DNA of 64,000 nucleotides from Octopus vulgaris (lineage: Eukaryota), in contig OX597814.1 in the NCBI GenBank assembly GCA_951406725.2, forward strand, positions 6,014,001 to 6,078,000, in the 5' to 3' direction. The position numbers and the translations under genes are program-made. Below the pieces are notes generated by a model, which saw only the letters and a list, made by a program, of their open reading frames with translations, was not told the origin of the DNA and made no database searches. Positions 12,455 to 27,600 of the stretch are shown piece after piece. The first letter of the stretch is position 1, and every line of letters starts with the position of its first letter.

Positions 12455-12850
12455 AAGCTTATTTGTGGGGTGCAGTTGAGCGAGAGACCAACAAAACTCC
12501 TTGTAACACCAAAGATGAACTGAAGGCAAGGATTATGGCAGCATTCACCAGCTTAAACAAGGTGACCATCCAGAAGAGTTGCAGGAGATTCCCAACCAGA
12601 TGTTCTTTGTCATTACTATGATGAGACAGTGATCTGGCATAAGCTTGGAAGCAAGTTCATATTGGAGCTTCTGGTGTACAGAAGCAGTACAGGTTGTTTT
12701 CGAATTTCTGGCAGAGTGAATTGTGGTTATGGTGCTGTTTTTCTCACAGACGGTGCCCAAATGACCCTACTATACTGTGTAATCAGCAAAATCAAAAACA
12801 AAAAAATGATCATGTGCAAGATAAAAATATAAAATGACAAAAAATTACCC
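12455..12850. mobile_element. Tc1/mariner-superfamily transposase relic
   Basis: Plus-strand WGAVERETNKTPCNTKDELKARIMAAF..IQKSCRRF; a related WQQDFALCHT fragment lies at 1780-1900 (-). Confidence 0.6.
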
Positions 12851-12879
12851 ATTACATTCTGTGTGTGTGTGTATATATA

Positions 12880-14015
12880 TATATATCATTTTTTCAAAAT
12901 TAAGATGAACAAAATTCTTTTTTAATTGAAAATATTTTCTCCTTCATTTTCTACAATGCTCTTCTATCTATCTGGTAGGCTTGCAAGGCCCCTCTTCCAA
13001 AATTCACTTGTCCGTGATGAAAAATACTCTTCCAATACTGTTCTGACCTTGTCTACAGAATTCATATATTTTTCGTCCAATTGATTTTAAAGACTGTGAA
13101 ACTGTTCCAACCTTTGGAATGTCATCCTCGCTGTATGTGGCCAAGCATTATCCTGATGGAAGGACACCCTCCATCTTCAAACCAAAGATGGTAATTTTTC
13201 TTCTAGCACTGACTTGAATGACCAGTTGAATGATCAAATCCAAGCTTCTCTGCTAGTTCGTCCACATTTATGATGGGCTTTTGCTCCACCAGGGTTTGTA
13301 GAAAGTCCTTGTTGAGCTCTGCAGATCTTCCAAGACAAGGCTTGTCTTCCAGGCTGTAGTTTCCAATTCAGAATCTTTGCAACCTCTATTGACACTGGCT
13401 TACACTTATTGTCTGATCCCCGTAGACTGCATTAATATTCCTCACACTTTATATTCCTTGCCTTTATTGAACTCATAAAGCAAAATACTCTGAATATGCT
13501 CCTTTGTCACTTCTATCATAGCTTTGGAAAAATCCTCATCATCATCGTTTAACGTCTGCTTTCCATGCTAACATGGGTTGGACGGTTCAACTGGGGTCAG
13601 GGAAGCCAGGAGGCTGCATCAGGCCCAGTGTGATCTGGCAGTGTTTCTACAGCTGGATGCCCTTCCTAATGCCAACCACTCCATGAGTGTAGTGGGTGCT
13701 TTTTACGTGCCATCGGCACAGGTGCCAGGGGAGGCTGGCAATGGCCATGATCAGTTGGTGCTTTTTATGTGCCACCAGCACAGGGGCAAGTCGGGGCGGC
13801 GCTGGCAACGGCCACGTTCGGATGGTTCTCTTACATATCACCAAAATAATTGTTAAAATCGAACTGCACTCTTCAAAACTTGCACTAAGAATAAGCACAA
13901 GTTAAAATTACTTCCTGCTTTTATAACAAGTTGATGCAGGTAGTTTATCCTGTCCCCTGCCGACTTTCAGTTCATGCAATTGAAAAAAACGCATTACTTA
14001 TGGGATGATCCAATA
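12880..14015 (-). mobile_element. Decayed mariner element with a nested RTE tail
   Basis: HQDNAWPH (mariner HDNARPH) near 13135-13160 on minus; TIR-like TATTGGATCATCCCATAAGTAAT at the right end. Confidence 0.7.
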
Positions 14016-14499
14016 TCTCTATATAAATGTCAGATCCAAGGATTGAGGTGTAGGGAGAAGGTACGTTTCAAGTAATCCATAAAAAAAAAAAAAAAACAAC
14101 CTTCAAGAACAAAGTACGATAAACTAAAAATCATTATATTTCATGGTAGGCAGCCAGGGTTGCCAGGAATGCAAATGAAAATACAAGAGTTACAGAATGG
14201 AGTTGATAAGATCCAGGCTACGTTTCATTCGATCAGGTATTCTAATTGAATTTTCTGTGCATTAACACGGGCCTCCAAGCAACAATGTAGACTTTCATTT
14301 AATCAAGATATCCTTGGCCAGAAGAGCAGCCGGTGGTATACACTTTGCTTGGATATTTACCACTTCTGAGGTTCCGCTTGCTAAGAAACGTATGTAGCCC
14401 AAATCTTATCTACTCTGCTCCTTAACTCTTGGATATATAAATATATATGTTGATAAAAAGGATAAGATAACAAAAGAAAGAGACTTTGATATTATGTAA

Positions 14500-15100
14500 A
14501 CAGAGGTGACACTGGTAATGACCCATGCATGAATGGTGCTTATTGAGTGCCACCAGCAAGGGGAGCCAGTCCGGTGGCACTGGCACCAGCCACAACTACA
14601 ATTTCCATTTGGTTGTGGTTTGATTTGATGTTGATGTATGTGACTCAATATGTCTCCTGAAGCCTGGCATGTTGCCCTACAATCAAATGGTACTTTTTGA
14701 GTGGACTGGTTATGCTACACTGGCGTAGGCGACACCTGTGATCTCACTTCTCAGTCATAGCATATCTCCGGAGGTCTCGGCCTTTTGTCATTGCCTCTGT
14801 AAGGCCCAACATTCGATGGTCATGTTTCACCACCTCATCCCATGTCATACTGGGTCTACCTCTTCCCACGCAGCTCTCCTCTGCCTTACACAGCACATGA
14901 CGATACCAGTGCAGTTGTCTCTCTCGTACACCACATCTGATGTTTTTTTTATATCCAAGATTTCTCTCAGAGCACTCACACTCTGCCATACATGCACACT
15001 GACATTACACATCCAGAGGATCGTACTAGCTTCATTTCTTTCAAGCCTACGCATGTCCTCCGCAGCCACGAGCCATGTTTCACTTCTGTGAAACATAGCA
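14500..15100 (-). mobile_element. RTE-like LINE 3' fragment
   Basis: SETWLVAAEDMRRLERNEAS and GRGRPSMTWDEVVKHD motifs. Confidence 0.85.
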
Positions 15101-15687
15101 GAAATGATGACATTTAAAAAAGAAGCTGGAAATTGTGGTTAATAGTGCAACCTGATGAAGAAAGGAAACTAAAATGATTTTAAATGATTAAGTATGACCG
15201 CATTAGAAACTGAATTTGTGTATCGTTATGATGGATGGTGGGAGTGGGTGAGCAGTGGTGGTGTGCGGTGGTGTTATCTCCCTTCGATTAACATTTTTTG
15301 CACTGAGTTCAAATAACACCTAAGTTTATCATCATCATCATCAACATCGTCATCAGCATCCTCTTCATCATCATCATCATCATTTTAGCGTTTACTCTTT
15401 CATGCTTGAATGGCTTAGATGAGAGTAACTTAGGATGGACTTTTCTATGGCTGGATGCTGTTTCAGATGTCAACCTCTCTGCGTGAGGTAACACTCTCCC
15501 AGTTTATTTGAACAACAAAAATAGCTCCAGTATGGTCACACAAAGAACTGGAAACAAGAAACACTATTAAATGAGCTTACAAAGACTGCGCAAATTAACA
15601 AGGTCTAATTAATATGTCTAATGAATTATTGATCTGTTGTTGGCAAGAATTCAATAAAACTCTCCTGAAAATTCCATTGAACTGATA

Positions 15688-18600
15688 CTCTGGTCATTCT
15701 CTGGTCATCACTATCATTTTGGTCATTCACTGGTCATTACTCTCATTTTGGTCATTCTCTGGTCATTACTCTCATTTTGGTCATTCTCTGGTCATTACTC
15801 TCATTTTGGTCATTCTCTGGTCATTACTCTCATTTTGGTCATTCTCTGGTCATCACTCTCATTTTGGTCATTCTCTGGTCATCACTCTCATTTTGGTCAT
15901 TCTCTGGTCATTACTCTCATTTTGGTCATTCTCTGGTCATTACTCTAATTTTGGTCATTCTCTGGTCATTACTCTCATTTTGGTCATTCTCTGGTCATTA
16001 CTTTCATTTTCGTCATTACTCTCATTTTGGTCATTACTCACATTTTGGTCATTCTCTGGTCATTACTCTCATTTTGGTCATTACTCTCATTTTGGTCATT
16101 CTCTGGTCATTACTCTCATTTTGGTCATTCTCTGGTCATTACTCTCATTTTGGTCATTCTCTCATTTTGGTCATTCTCTGGTCATTACTCTCATTTTGGT
16201 CATTCTCTGGTCATTACTCTCATTTTGGTCATTCTCTGGTCATCACTCTCATTTTGGTCATTACTCTCATTTTGGTCATTCTCTGGTCATTACTCTCATT
16301 TTGGTCATTCTCTGGTCATCACTCTCATTTTGGTCATTCTCTGGTCATCACTCTCATTTTGGTCATTCTCTGGTCATTACTCTCATTTTGGTCATTCTCT
16401 GGTCATTACTCTCATTTTGGTCATTCTCTGGTCATTACTCTCATTTTGGTCATTCTCTGGTCATCACTCTCATTTTGTTCATTCTCTGGTCATTACTCTC
16501 ATTTTGGTCATTCTCTGGTCATTACTTTCATTTTGGTCATTCTCTGGTCATTACTCTCATTTTGGTCATTCTCTGGTCATCACTCTCATTTTGGTCATTC
16601 TCTGGTCATCACTCTCATTTTGGTCATTCTCTGGTCATTACTCTCATTTTGGTCATTCTTTGGTCATTACTCTCATTTTGGTCATTCTCTGGTCATCACT
16701 CTCATTTTGGTCATTCTCTGGTCATCACTCTCATTTTGGTCATTCTCTGGTCATCACTCTCATTTTGGTCATTCTCTGGTCATCACTCTCATTTTGGTCA
16801 TTCTCTGGTCATTACTCTCATTTTGGTCATTCTCTGGTAATTACTCTCATTTTGGTCATTCTCTGGTCATTACTCTCATTTTGGTCATTCTCTGGTCATT
16901 ACTCTCATTTTGGTCATTCTCTGGTCATTACTCTCATTTTGGTCATTCTCTGGTCATTACTCTCATTTTGGTCATTCTCTGGTCATCACTCTCATTTTGG
17001 TCATTCTCTGGTCATTACTCTCATTTTGGTCATTCTCTGGTCATTACTTTCATTTTGGTCATTCTCTGGTCATTACTCTCATTTTGGTCATTCTCTGGTC
17101 ATCACTCTCATTTTGGTCATTCTCTGGTCATTACTCTCATTTTGGTCATTCTCTGGTCATCACTCTCATTTTGGTCATTCTCTGGTCATCACTCTCATTT
17201 TGGTAATTCTCTGGTCATTACTCTCATTTTGGTCATTTTCTGGTCATTACTCTCATTTTGGTCATTCTTTGGTCATTACTCTCATTTTGGTCATTCTCTG
17301 GTCATCACTTTCATTTTGGTCATTCTCTGGTCATCACTCACATTTTGGTCATTCTCTGGTCATCACTCTCATTTTGGTCATTCTCTGGTCATTACTCTCA
17401 TTTTGGTCATTCTCTGGTCATTACTCTCATTTTGGTCATTCTCTGGTCATTACTTTCATTTTGGTCATTACTCTCATATTGGTCATTACTCTCATTTTGG
17501 TCATTCTCTGGTCATTACTCTCATTTTGGTCATTCTCTGGTCATTACTCTCATTTTGGTCATTCTCTGGTAATTACTCTCATTTTGGTCATTCTCTGGTC
17601 ATCACTCTCATTTTGGTCATTCTCTGGTCATTACTCTCATTTTGGTCATTCTCTGGTCATTACTCTCATTTTGGTCATTCTCTGGTCATACTCTCATTTT
17701 GGTCATTCCCTGGTCATTACTCTTATTTTGGTCATTCTCTGGTCATTACTCTCTCATTTTGGTCATTCTCTGGTCATTACTCTCATTTTGGTCATTCTCT
17801 GGTCATCACTCTCATTTTGGTCATTCTCTGGTCATTACCCTCATTTTGGTCATTCTCTGGTCATTACTCTCATTTTGGTCATTCTCTGGTCATCAGTCTC
17901 ATTTTGGTCATTCTCTGGTCATTACTCTCATTTTGGTCATTCTCTGGTCATTACTCTCATTTTGGTCATTCTCTGGTCATTACTCTCATTTTGGTCATTT
18001 TCTGGTCATCACTCTCATTTTGGTCATTCTCTGGTCATTACTCTCATTTTGGTCATTCTCTGGTCATTACTCTCATTTTGGTCATTCTCTGGTCATACTC
18101 TCATTTTGGTCATTCTCTGGTCATTACTCTCATTTTGGTCATTCTCTGGTCATTACTCTCATTTTGGTCATTCTCTGGTCATCACTCTCATTTTTTGGTC
18201 ATTCTCTGGTCATTACTCTCATTTTGGTCATTCTCTGGTCATCACTCTCATTTTGGTCATTCTCTGGTCATTACTCTCATTTTGGTCATTTTCTGGTCAT
18301 TACTCTCATTTTGGTCATTCTCTGGTCATTACTCTCATTTTGGTCATTCTCTGGTCATTACTCTCATTTTGGTCATTCTCTGGTCATCACTCTCATTTTG
18401 GTCATTCTCTGGTCATTACTCTCATTTTGGTCATTCTCTGGTCATCACTCTCATTTTGGTCATTACTCTCATTTTGGTCATTCTCTGGTCATCACTCTCA
18501 TTTTGGTCATTACTCTCATTTTGGTCATTCTCTGGTCATTACTCTCATTTTGGTCATTACTCTCATTTTGGTCATTCTCTGGTCATTACTCTCATTTTGG

Positions 18601-21600
18601 TCATTCTCTGGTCATTACTCTCATTTTGGTCATTCTCTGGTCATTACTCTCATTTTGGTCATTCTCTGGTCATTACTCTCATTTTGGTCATTCTCTGGTC
18701 ATACTCTCATTTTGGTCATTCTCTGGTCATTACTCTCATTTTGGTCATTCTCTGGTCATTACTCTCATTTTGGTCATTCTTGGTCATTACTCTCATTTTG
18801 GTCATTCTCTGGTCATACTCTCATTTTGGTCATTCTCTGGTCATTACTCTCATTTTGGTCATTTGGTCTTCTGGTCATCACTCTCATTTTGGTCATTCTC
18901 TGGTCATTACTCTCATTTTGGTCATTCTCTTGGTCATTACTCTCATTTTGGTCATTCTCTGGTCATTACTCTCATTTTGGTCATTCTCTGGTCATTACTC
19001 TCATTTTGGTCATTCTCTGGTCATTACTCTCATTTTGGTCATTCTCTGGTCATTACTCTCATTTTGGTCATTCTCTGGTCATTACTCTCATTTTGGTCAT
19101 TCTCTGGTCATTACTCTCATTTTGGTCATTCTCTGGTCATTACTCTCATTTTGGTCATTCTCTGGTCATTACTCTCATTTTGGTCATTCTCTGGTCATTA
19201 CTCTCATTTTGGTCATTCTCTGGTCATTACTCTCATTTTGGTCATTCTCTGGTCATTACTCTCATTTTGGTCATTCTCTGGTCATTACTCTCATTTTGGT
19301 CATTCTCTGGTCATTACTCTCATTTTGGTCATTCTCTGGTCATTACTCTCATTTTGGTCATTCTCTGGTCATTACTCTCATTTTGGTCATTCTCTGGTCA
19401 TTACTCTCATTTGGTCATTCTCTGGTCATTACTCTCATTTTGGTCATTCTCTGGTCATTACTCTCATTTTGGTCATTCTCTGGTCATTACTCTCATTTTG
19501 GTCATTCTCTGGTCATTACTCTCATTTTGGTCATTCTCTGGTCATTACTCTCATTTTGGTCATTCTCTGGTCATTACTCTCATTTTGGTCATTCTTTGGT
19601 CATTACTCTCATTTTGGTCATTCTCTGGTCATCACTCTCATTTTGGTCATTCTCTGGTCATTACTCTCATTTTGGTCATTCTCTGGTCATTACTCTCATT
19701 TTGGTCATTCTCTGGTCATTACTCTCATTTTGGTCATTCTCTGGTCATTACTCTCATTTTGGTCATTCTCTGGTCATTACTCTCATTTTGGTCATTCTCT
19801 GGTCATTACTCTCATTTTGGTCATTCTCTGGTCATTACTCTCATTTTGGTCATTCTCTGGTCATTACTCTCATTTTGGTCATTCTCTGGTCATTACTCTC
19901 ATTTTGGTCATTCTCTGGTCATTACTCTCATTTTGGTCATTCTCTGGTCATTACTCTCATTTTGGTCATTCTCTGGTCATTACTCTCATTTTGGTCATTC
20001 TCTGGTCATTACTCTCATTTTGGTCATTCTCTGGTCATTCTCTCATTTTGGTCATTCTCTGGTCATTACTCTCATTTTGGTCATTCTCTGGTCATTACTC
20101 TCATTTTGGTCATTCTCTGGTCATTACTCTCATTTTGGTCATTCTCTGGTCATTACTCTCATTTTGGTCATTCTCTGGTCATTACTCTCATTTTGGTCAT
20201 TCTCTGGTCATTACTCTCATTTTGGTCATTCTCTGGTCATCACTCTCATTTTGGTCATTCTCTGGTCATTACTCTCATTTTGGTCATTCTCTGGTCATTA
20301 CTCTCATTTTGGTCATTCTCTGGTCATTACTCTCATTTTGGTCATTCTCTGGTCATTACTCTCATTTTGGTCATTCTCTGGTCATTACTCTCATTTTGGT
20401 CATTCTCTGGTCATTACTCTCATTTTGGTCATTCTCTGGTCATTACTCTCATTTTGGTCATTCTCTGGTCATTACTCTCATTTTGGTCATTCTCTGGTCA
20501 TTACTCTCATTTTGGTCATTCTCTGGTCATCACTCTCATTTTTTGGTCATTCTCTGGTCATTACTCTCATATTTTTGGTCATTCTCTGGTCATTACTCTC
20601 ATTTTGGTCATTCTCTGGTCATTACTCTCATTTTGGTCATTCTCTGGTCATTACTCTCATTTTGGTCATTCTCTGGTCATTACTCTCATTTTGGTCATTC
20701 TCTGGTCATTACTCTCATTTTGGTCATTCTCTGGTCATTACTCTCATTTTGGTCATTCTCTGGTCATTACTCTCATTTTGGTCATTCTCTGGTCATTACT
20801 CTCATTTTGGTCATTCTCTGGTCATTCATTCTCATCACTCTCATTTTGGTCATTCTCTGGTCATTACTCTCATTTTGGTCATTCTCTGGTCATTACTCTC
20901 ATTTTGGTCATTCTCTGGTCATTACTCTCATTCTCTGGTCATTCTCTCATTTTGGTCATTCTCTGGTCATTTCTCATTTTGTCATTCTCTGGTCATTACT
21001 CTCATTTTGGTCATTCTCTGGTCATTACTCTCATTTTGGTCATTCTCTGGTCATCACTCTCATTTTGGTCATTCTCTGGTCATTACTCTCATTTTGGTCA
21101 TTCTCTGGTCATACTCTCATTTTGGTCATTACTCTCATTTTGGTCATTCTCTGGTCATTACTCTCATTTTGGTCATTCTCTGGTCATTACTCTCATTTTG
21201 GTCATTCTGGTCATTCTCTGGTCATTACTCTCATTTTGGTCATTCTCTGGTCATTACTCTCATTTTGGTCATTCTCTGGTCATTACTCTCATTTTGGTCA
21301 TTCTGGTCATTACTCTCATTTTGGTCATTCTCTGGTCATTACTCTCATTTTGGTCATTCTCTGGTCATTACTCTCATTTTGGTCATTCTCTGGTCATTAC
21401 TCTCATTTTGGTCATTCTCTGGTCATCACTCTCATTTTGGTCATTCTCTGGTCATTACTCTCATTTTGGTCATTCTCTGGTCATCACTCTCATTTTGGTC
21501 ATTCTCTGGTCATTACTCTCATTTTGGTCATTCTCTGGTCATTACTCTCATTTTGGTCATTCTCTGGTCATTCTCTCATCATTTTTTGGTCATTCTCTGG

Positions 21601-24600
21601 TCATTACTCTCATTTTGGTCATTCTCTGGTCATTACTCTCATTTTGGTCATTCTCTGGTCATTCTCATTTTGGTCATTCTCTGGTCATTACTCTCATTTT
21701 GGTCATTCTCTGGTCATTACTCTCATTTTGGTCATTCTCTGGTCATTACTCTCATTTTGGTCATTCTTGGTCATTATTACTCTCATTTTGGTCATTCTCT
21801 GGTCATTACTCTCATTTTGGTCATTCTCTGGTCATTACTCTCATTTTGGTCATTCTCTGGTCATTACTCTCATTTTGGTCATTCTCTGGTCATACTCTCA
21901 TTTTGGTCATTCTCTGGTCATTACTCTCATTTTGGTCATTCTCTGGTCATTACTCTCATTTTGGTCATTCTCTGGTCATCACTCTCATTTTGGTCATTCT
22001 CTGGTCATTACTCTCATTTTGGTCATTCTCTGGTCATCACTCTCATTTTGGTCATTCTCTGGTCATTACTCTCATTTTGGTCATTCTCTGGTCATTACTC
22101 TCATTTTGGTTATTCTCTGGTCATTACTCTCATTTTAGTCATTCTCTGGTCATTACTCTCATTTTGGTCATTCTCTGGTCATTACTCTCATTTTGGTCAT
22201 TCTCTGGTCATTACTCTCATTTTGGTCATTCTCTGTTCATTACTCTCATTTTGGTCATTCTCTGGTCATTACTCTCATTCTGGTCATTCTCTGGTCATTA
22301 CTCTCATTTTGGTCATTCTCTGGTCATTACTCTCATTTTGGTCATTCTCTGGTCATTACTCTCATTTTGGTCATTCTCTGGTCATTACTCTCATTTTGGT
22401 CATTCTTTGGTCATCACTCTCATTTTGGTCATTCTCTGGTCATCACTCTCATTCTGGTCATTCTCTGGTCATTACTCTCATTTTGGTCATTCTCTGGTCA
22501 TTACTCTCATTTTGGTCATTCTCTGGTCATCACTCTCATTTTGGTCATTCTCTGGTCATTACTCTCATTTTGGTCATTCTCTGGTCATTACTCATTTTGG
22601 TCATTTTGGTCATTACTCTCATTTTGGTCATTATACTCTCATTTTGGTCATTCTCTGGTCATTACTCTCATTTTGGTCATTCTCTGGTCATTACTCTCAT
22701 TTTGGTCATTCTCTGGTCATTACTCTCATTTTGGTCATTCTCTGGTCATTACTCTCATTTTGGTCATTCTCTGGTCATTACTCTCATTTTGGTCATTCTC
22801 TGGTCATGGTCATTCTCTGGTCATTACTCTCATTTTGGTCATTCTCTGGTCATTACTCTCATTTTGGTCATTCTCTGGTCATTACTCTCATTTTGGTCAT
22901 TCTCTGGTCATTACTCTCATTTTGGTCATTCTCTGGTCATTACTCTCATTTTGGTCATTCTCTGGTCATTACTCTCATTTTGGTCATTCTCTGGTCATCA
23001 CTCTCATTTTGGTCATTCTCTGGTCATTACTCTCATTTTGGTCATTCTCTGGTCATTACTCTCATTTTGGTCATTCTCTGGTCATTACTCTCATTTTGGT
23101 CATTCTCTGGTCATTACTCTCATTTTGGTCATTCTCTGGTCATCACTCTCATTTGGTCATTCTCTGGTCATTACTCTCATTTTGGTCATTCTCTGGTCAT
23201 TACTCTCATTTTGGTCATTCTCTGGTCATTACTCTCATTTTGGTCATTCTCTGGTCATTACTCTCATTTTGGTCATTCTCTGGTCATTACTCTCATTTTG
23301 GTCATTCTCTGGTCATTACTCTCATTTTGGTCATTCTCTGGTCATTACTCTCATTTTGGTCATTCTCTGGTCATTACTCTCATTTTGGTCATTCTCTGGT
23401 CATTACTCTCATTTTGGTCATTCTCTGGTCATTACTCTCATTTTGGTCATTCTCTGGTCATTACTCTCATTTTGGTCATTCTCTGGTCATTACTCTCATT
23501 TTGGTCATTCTCTGGTCATTACTCTCATTTTGGTCATTCTCTGGTCATACTCTCATTTTGGTCATTCTCTGGTCATTACTCTCATTTTGGTCATTCTCTG
23601 GTCATCACTCTCATTTTGGTCATTCTTTGGTCATTACTCTCATTTTGGTCATTCTCTGGTCATTACTCTCATTTTGGTCATTCTCTGGTCATTACTCTCA
23701 TTTTGGTCATTCTCTGGTCATTACTCTCATTTTGGTCATTCTCTGGTCATCACTCTCATTTTGGTCATTCTCTGGTCATTACTCTCATTTTGGTCATTCT
23801 CTGGTCATTACTCTCATTTTGGTCATTCTCTGGTCATTACTCTCATTTTGGTCATTCTCTGGTCATTACTCTCATTTTGGTCATTCTCTGGTCATTACTC
23901 TCATTTTGGTCATTCTCTGGTCATTACTCTCATTTTGGTCATTCTCTGGTCATTCTCATTTTGGTCATCTCATTTTGGTCATTCTCTGGTCATTACTCTC
24001 ATTTTGGTCATTCTCTGGTCATTACTCTCATTTTGGTCATTCTCTGGTCATCACTCTCATTTTGGTCATTCTCTGGTCATCACTCTCATTTTGGTCATTC
24101 TCTGGTCATTACTCTCATTTTGGTCATTCTCTGGTCATTACTCTCATTTTGGTCATTCTCTGGTCATTACTCTCATTTTGGTCATTCTCTGGTCATTACT
24201 CTCATTTTGGTCATTCTCTGGTCATTACTCTCATTTTGGTCATTCTCTGGTCATTACTCTCATTTTGGTCATTCTCTGGTCATTACTCTCATTTTGGTCA
24301 TTCTCTGGTCATTACTCTCATTTTGGTCATTCTCTGGTCATTACTCTCATTTTGGTCATTCTCTGGTCATTACTCTCATTTTGGTCATTCTCTGGTCATT
24401 ACTCTCATTTTGGTCATTCTCTGGTCATTACTCTCATTTTGGTCATTCTCTGGTCATTACTCTCATTTTGGTCATTCTCTGGTCATTACTCTCATTTTGG
24501 TCATTCTCTGGTCATTACTCTCATTTTGGTCATTCTCTGGTCATTACTCTCATTTTGGTCATTCTCTGGTCATTACTCTCATTTTGGTCATTCTCTGGTC

Positions 24601-27600
24601 ATTACTCTCATTTTGGTCATTCTCTGGTCATCACTCTCATTTTGGTCATTCTCTGGTCATCACTCTCATTGTGGTCATTCTCTGGTCATCACTCTCATTT
24701 TGGTCATTCTCTTGTCATCACTCTCATTTTGGTCATTCTCTGGTCATCACTCTCATTTTGGTCATTCTCTGGTCATCACTCTCATTTTGGTCATTCTCTG
24801 GTCATTACTCTCATTTTGGTCATTCTCTGGTCATTACTCTCATTTTGGTCATTCTCTGGTCATTACTCTCATTTTGGTCATTCTCTGGTCATTACTCTCA
24901 TTTTGGTCATTCTCTGGTCATTACTCTCATTTTGGTCATTCTCTGGTCATTACTCTCATTTTGGTCATTCTCTGGTCATTACTCTCATTTTGGTCATTCT
25001 CTGGTCATTACATTCTCTGGTCATTACTTGGTCATTCTCTTTTGGTCATTCTCTGGTCATTACTCTCATTTTGGTCATTCTCTGGTCATTACTCTCATTT
25101 TGGTCATTCTCTGGTCATTACTCTCATTTTGGTCATTCTCTGGTCATTACTCTCATTTTGGTCATTCTCTGGTCATTACTCTCATTTTGGTCATTCTCTG
25201 GTCATTACTCTCATTTTGGTCATTCTCTGGTCATTACTCTCATTTTGGTCATTCTCTGGTCATTACTCTCATTTTGGTCATTCTCTGGTCATCACTCTCA
25301 TTTTGGTCATTCTCTGGTCATTACTCTCATTTTGGTCATTCTCTGGTCATCACTCTCATTTTGGTCATTCTCTGGTCATTACTCTCATTTTGGTCATTCT
25401 CTGGTCATTACTCTCATTTTGGTCATTCTCTGGTCATTACTCTCATTTTGGTCATTCTCTGGTCATTCACTCTCATTTTGGTCATTCTCTGGTCATTACT
25501 TTCATTTTGGTCATTCTCTGGTCATCACTCACATTTTGGTCATTCTCTGGTCATCACTCTCATTTTGGTCATTCTCTGGTCATTACTCTCATTTTGGTCA
25601 TTCTCTGGTCATTCATTACTCTCATTTTGGTCATTCTCTGGTCATTACTTTCATTTTGGTCATTACTCTCATTTTGGTCATTACTCTCATTTTGGTCATT
25701 CTCTGGTCATTACTCTCATTTTGGTCATTCTCTGGTCATTACTCTCATTTTGGTCATTCTCTGGTCATTACTCTCATTTTGGTCATTCTCTGGTCATTAC
25801 TCTCATTTTGGTCATTCTCTGGTCATTACTCTCATTTTGGTCATTCTCTGGTCATTACTCTCATTTTGGTCATTCTCTGGTCATTACTCTCATTTTGGTC
25901 ATTCTCTGGTCATTACTCTCATTTTGGTCATTCTCTGGTCATTACTCTCATTTTGGTCATTCTCTGGTCATTACTCTCATTTTGGTCATTCTCTGGTCAT
26001 TACTCTCATTTTGGTCATTCTCTGGTCATTACTCTCATTTTGGTCATTCTCTGGTCATTACTCTCATTTTGGTCATTCTCTGGTCATTACTCTCATTTTG
26101 GTCATTCTCTGGTCATTACTCTCATTTTGGTCATTCTCTGGTCATTACTCTCATTTTGGTCATTCTCTGTCATTACTCTCATTTTGGTCATTCTCTGGTC
26201 ATTACTTTCATTTTGGTCATTCTCTCATTGTCATTACTCTCATTTTGGTCATTCTCTGGTCATTACTCTCATTTTGGTCATTCTCTGGTCATTACTCTCA
26301 TTTTGGTCATTCTCTGGTCATTACTCTCATTTTGGTCATTCTCTGGTCATCACTCTCATTTTGGTCATTCTCTGGTCATTACTCTCATTTTGGTCATTCT
26401 CTGGTCATTACTCTCATTTTGGTCATTCTCTGGTCATTACTCTCATTTTGGTCATTCTCTGGTCATTACTCTCATTTTGGTCATTCTCTGGTCATTACTC
26501 TCATTTTGGTCATTCTCTGGTCATTACTCTCATTTTGGTCATTCTCTGGTCATTACTCTCATTTTGGTCATTCTCTGGTCATCACTCTCATTTTGGTCAT
26601 TCTCTGGTCATTACTCTCATTTTGGTCATTTTCTGGTCATTACTCTCATTTTGGTCATTCTCTGGTCATTACTCTCATTTTGGTCATTCTCTGGTCATTA
26701 CTCTCATTTTGGTCGTTCTCTGGTCATCACTCTCATTTTGGTCATTCTCTGGTCATTACTCTCATTTTGGTCATTCTCTGGTCATTACTCTCATTTTGGT
26801 CATTCTCTGGTCATTACTCTCATTTTGGTCATTCTCTGGTCATTACTCTCATTTTGGTCATTCTCTGGTCATTACTCTCATTTTGGTCATTCTCTGGTCA
26901 TTACTCTCATTTTGGTCATTCTCTGGTCATTACTCTCATTTGGTCATTCTCTGGTCATTACTCTCATTTTGGTCATTCTCTGGTCATTACTCTCATTTTG
27001 GTCATTCTCTGGTCATTACTCTCATTTTGGTCATTCTCTGGTCATTACTCTCATTTTGGTCATTCTCTGGTCATTACTCTCATTTTGGTCATTCTCTGGT
27101 CATTACTCTCATTTTGGTCATTCTCTGGTCATTACTCTCATTTTGGTCATTCTCTGGTCATTAATCTCATTTTCGTCATTCTCTGGTCATTACTCTCATT
27201 TTGGTCATTCTCTGGTCATCACTCTCATTTTGGTCATTCTCTGGTCATTACTCTCATTTTGGTCATTCTCTGGTCATTACTCTCATTTTGGTCATTCTCT
27301 GGTCATTACTCTCATTTTGGTCATTCTCTGGTCATCACTCTCATTTTGGTCATTCTCTGGTCATTACTCTCATTTTGGTCATTCTCTGGTCATTACTCTC
27401 ATTTTGGTCATTCTCTGGTCATTACTCTCATTTTGGTCATTCTCTGGTCATTACTCTCATTTTGGTCATTCTCTGGTCATTACTCTCATTTTGGTCATTC
27501 TCTGGTCATTACTCTCATTTTGGTCATTCTCTGGTCATTACTCTCATTTTGGTCATTCTCTGGTCATTACTCTCATTTTGGTCATTCTCTGGTCATTACT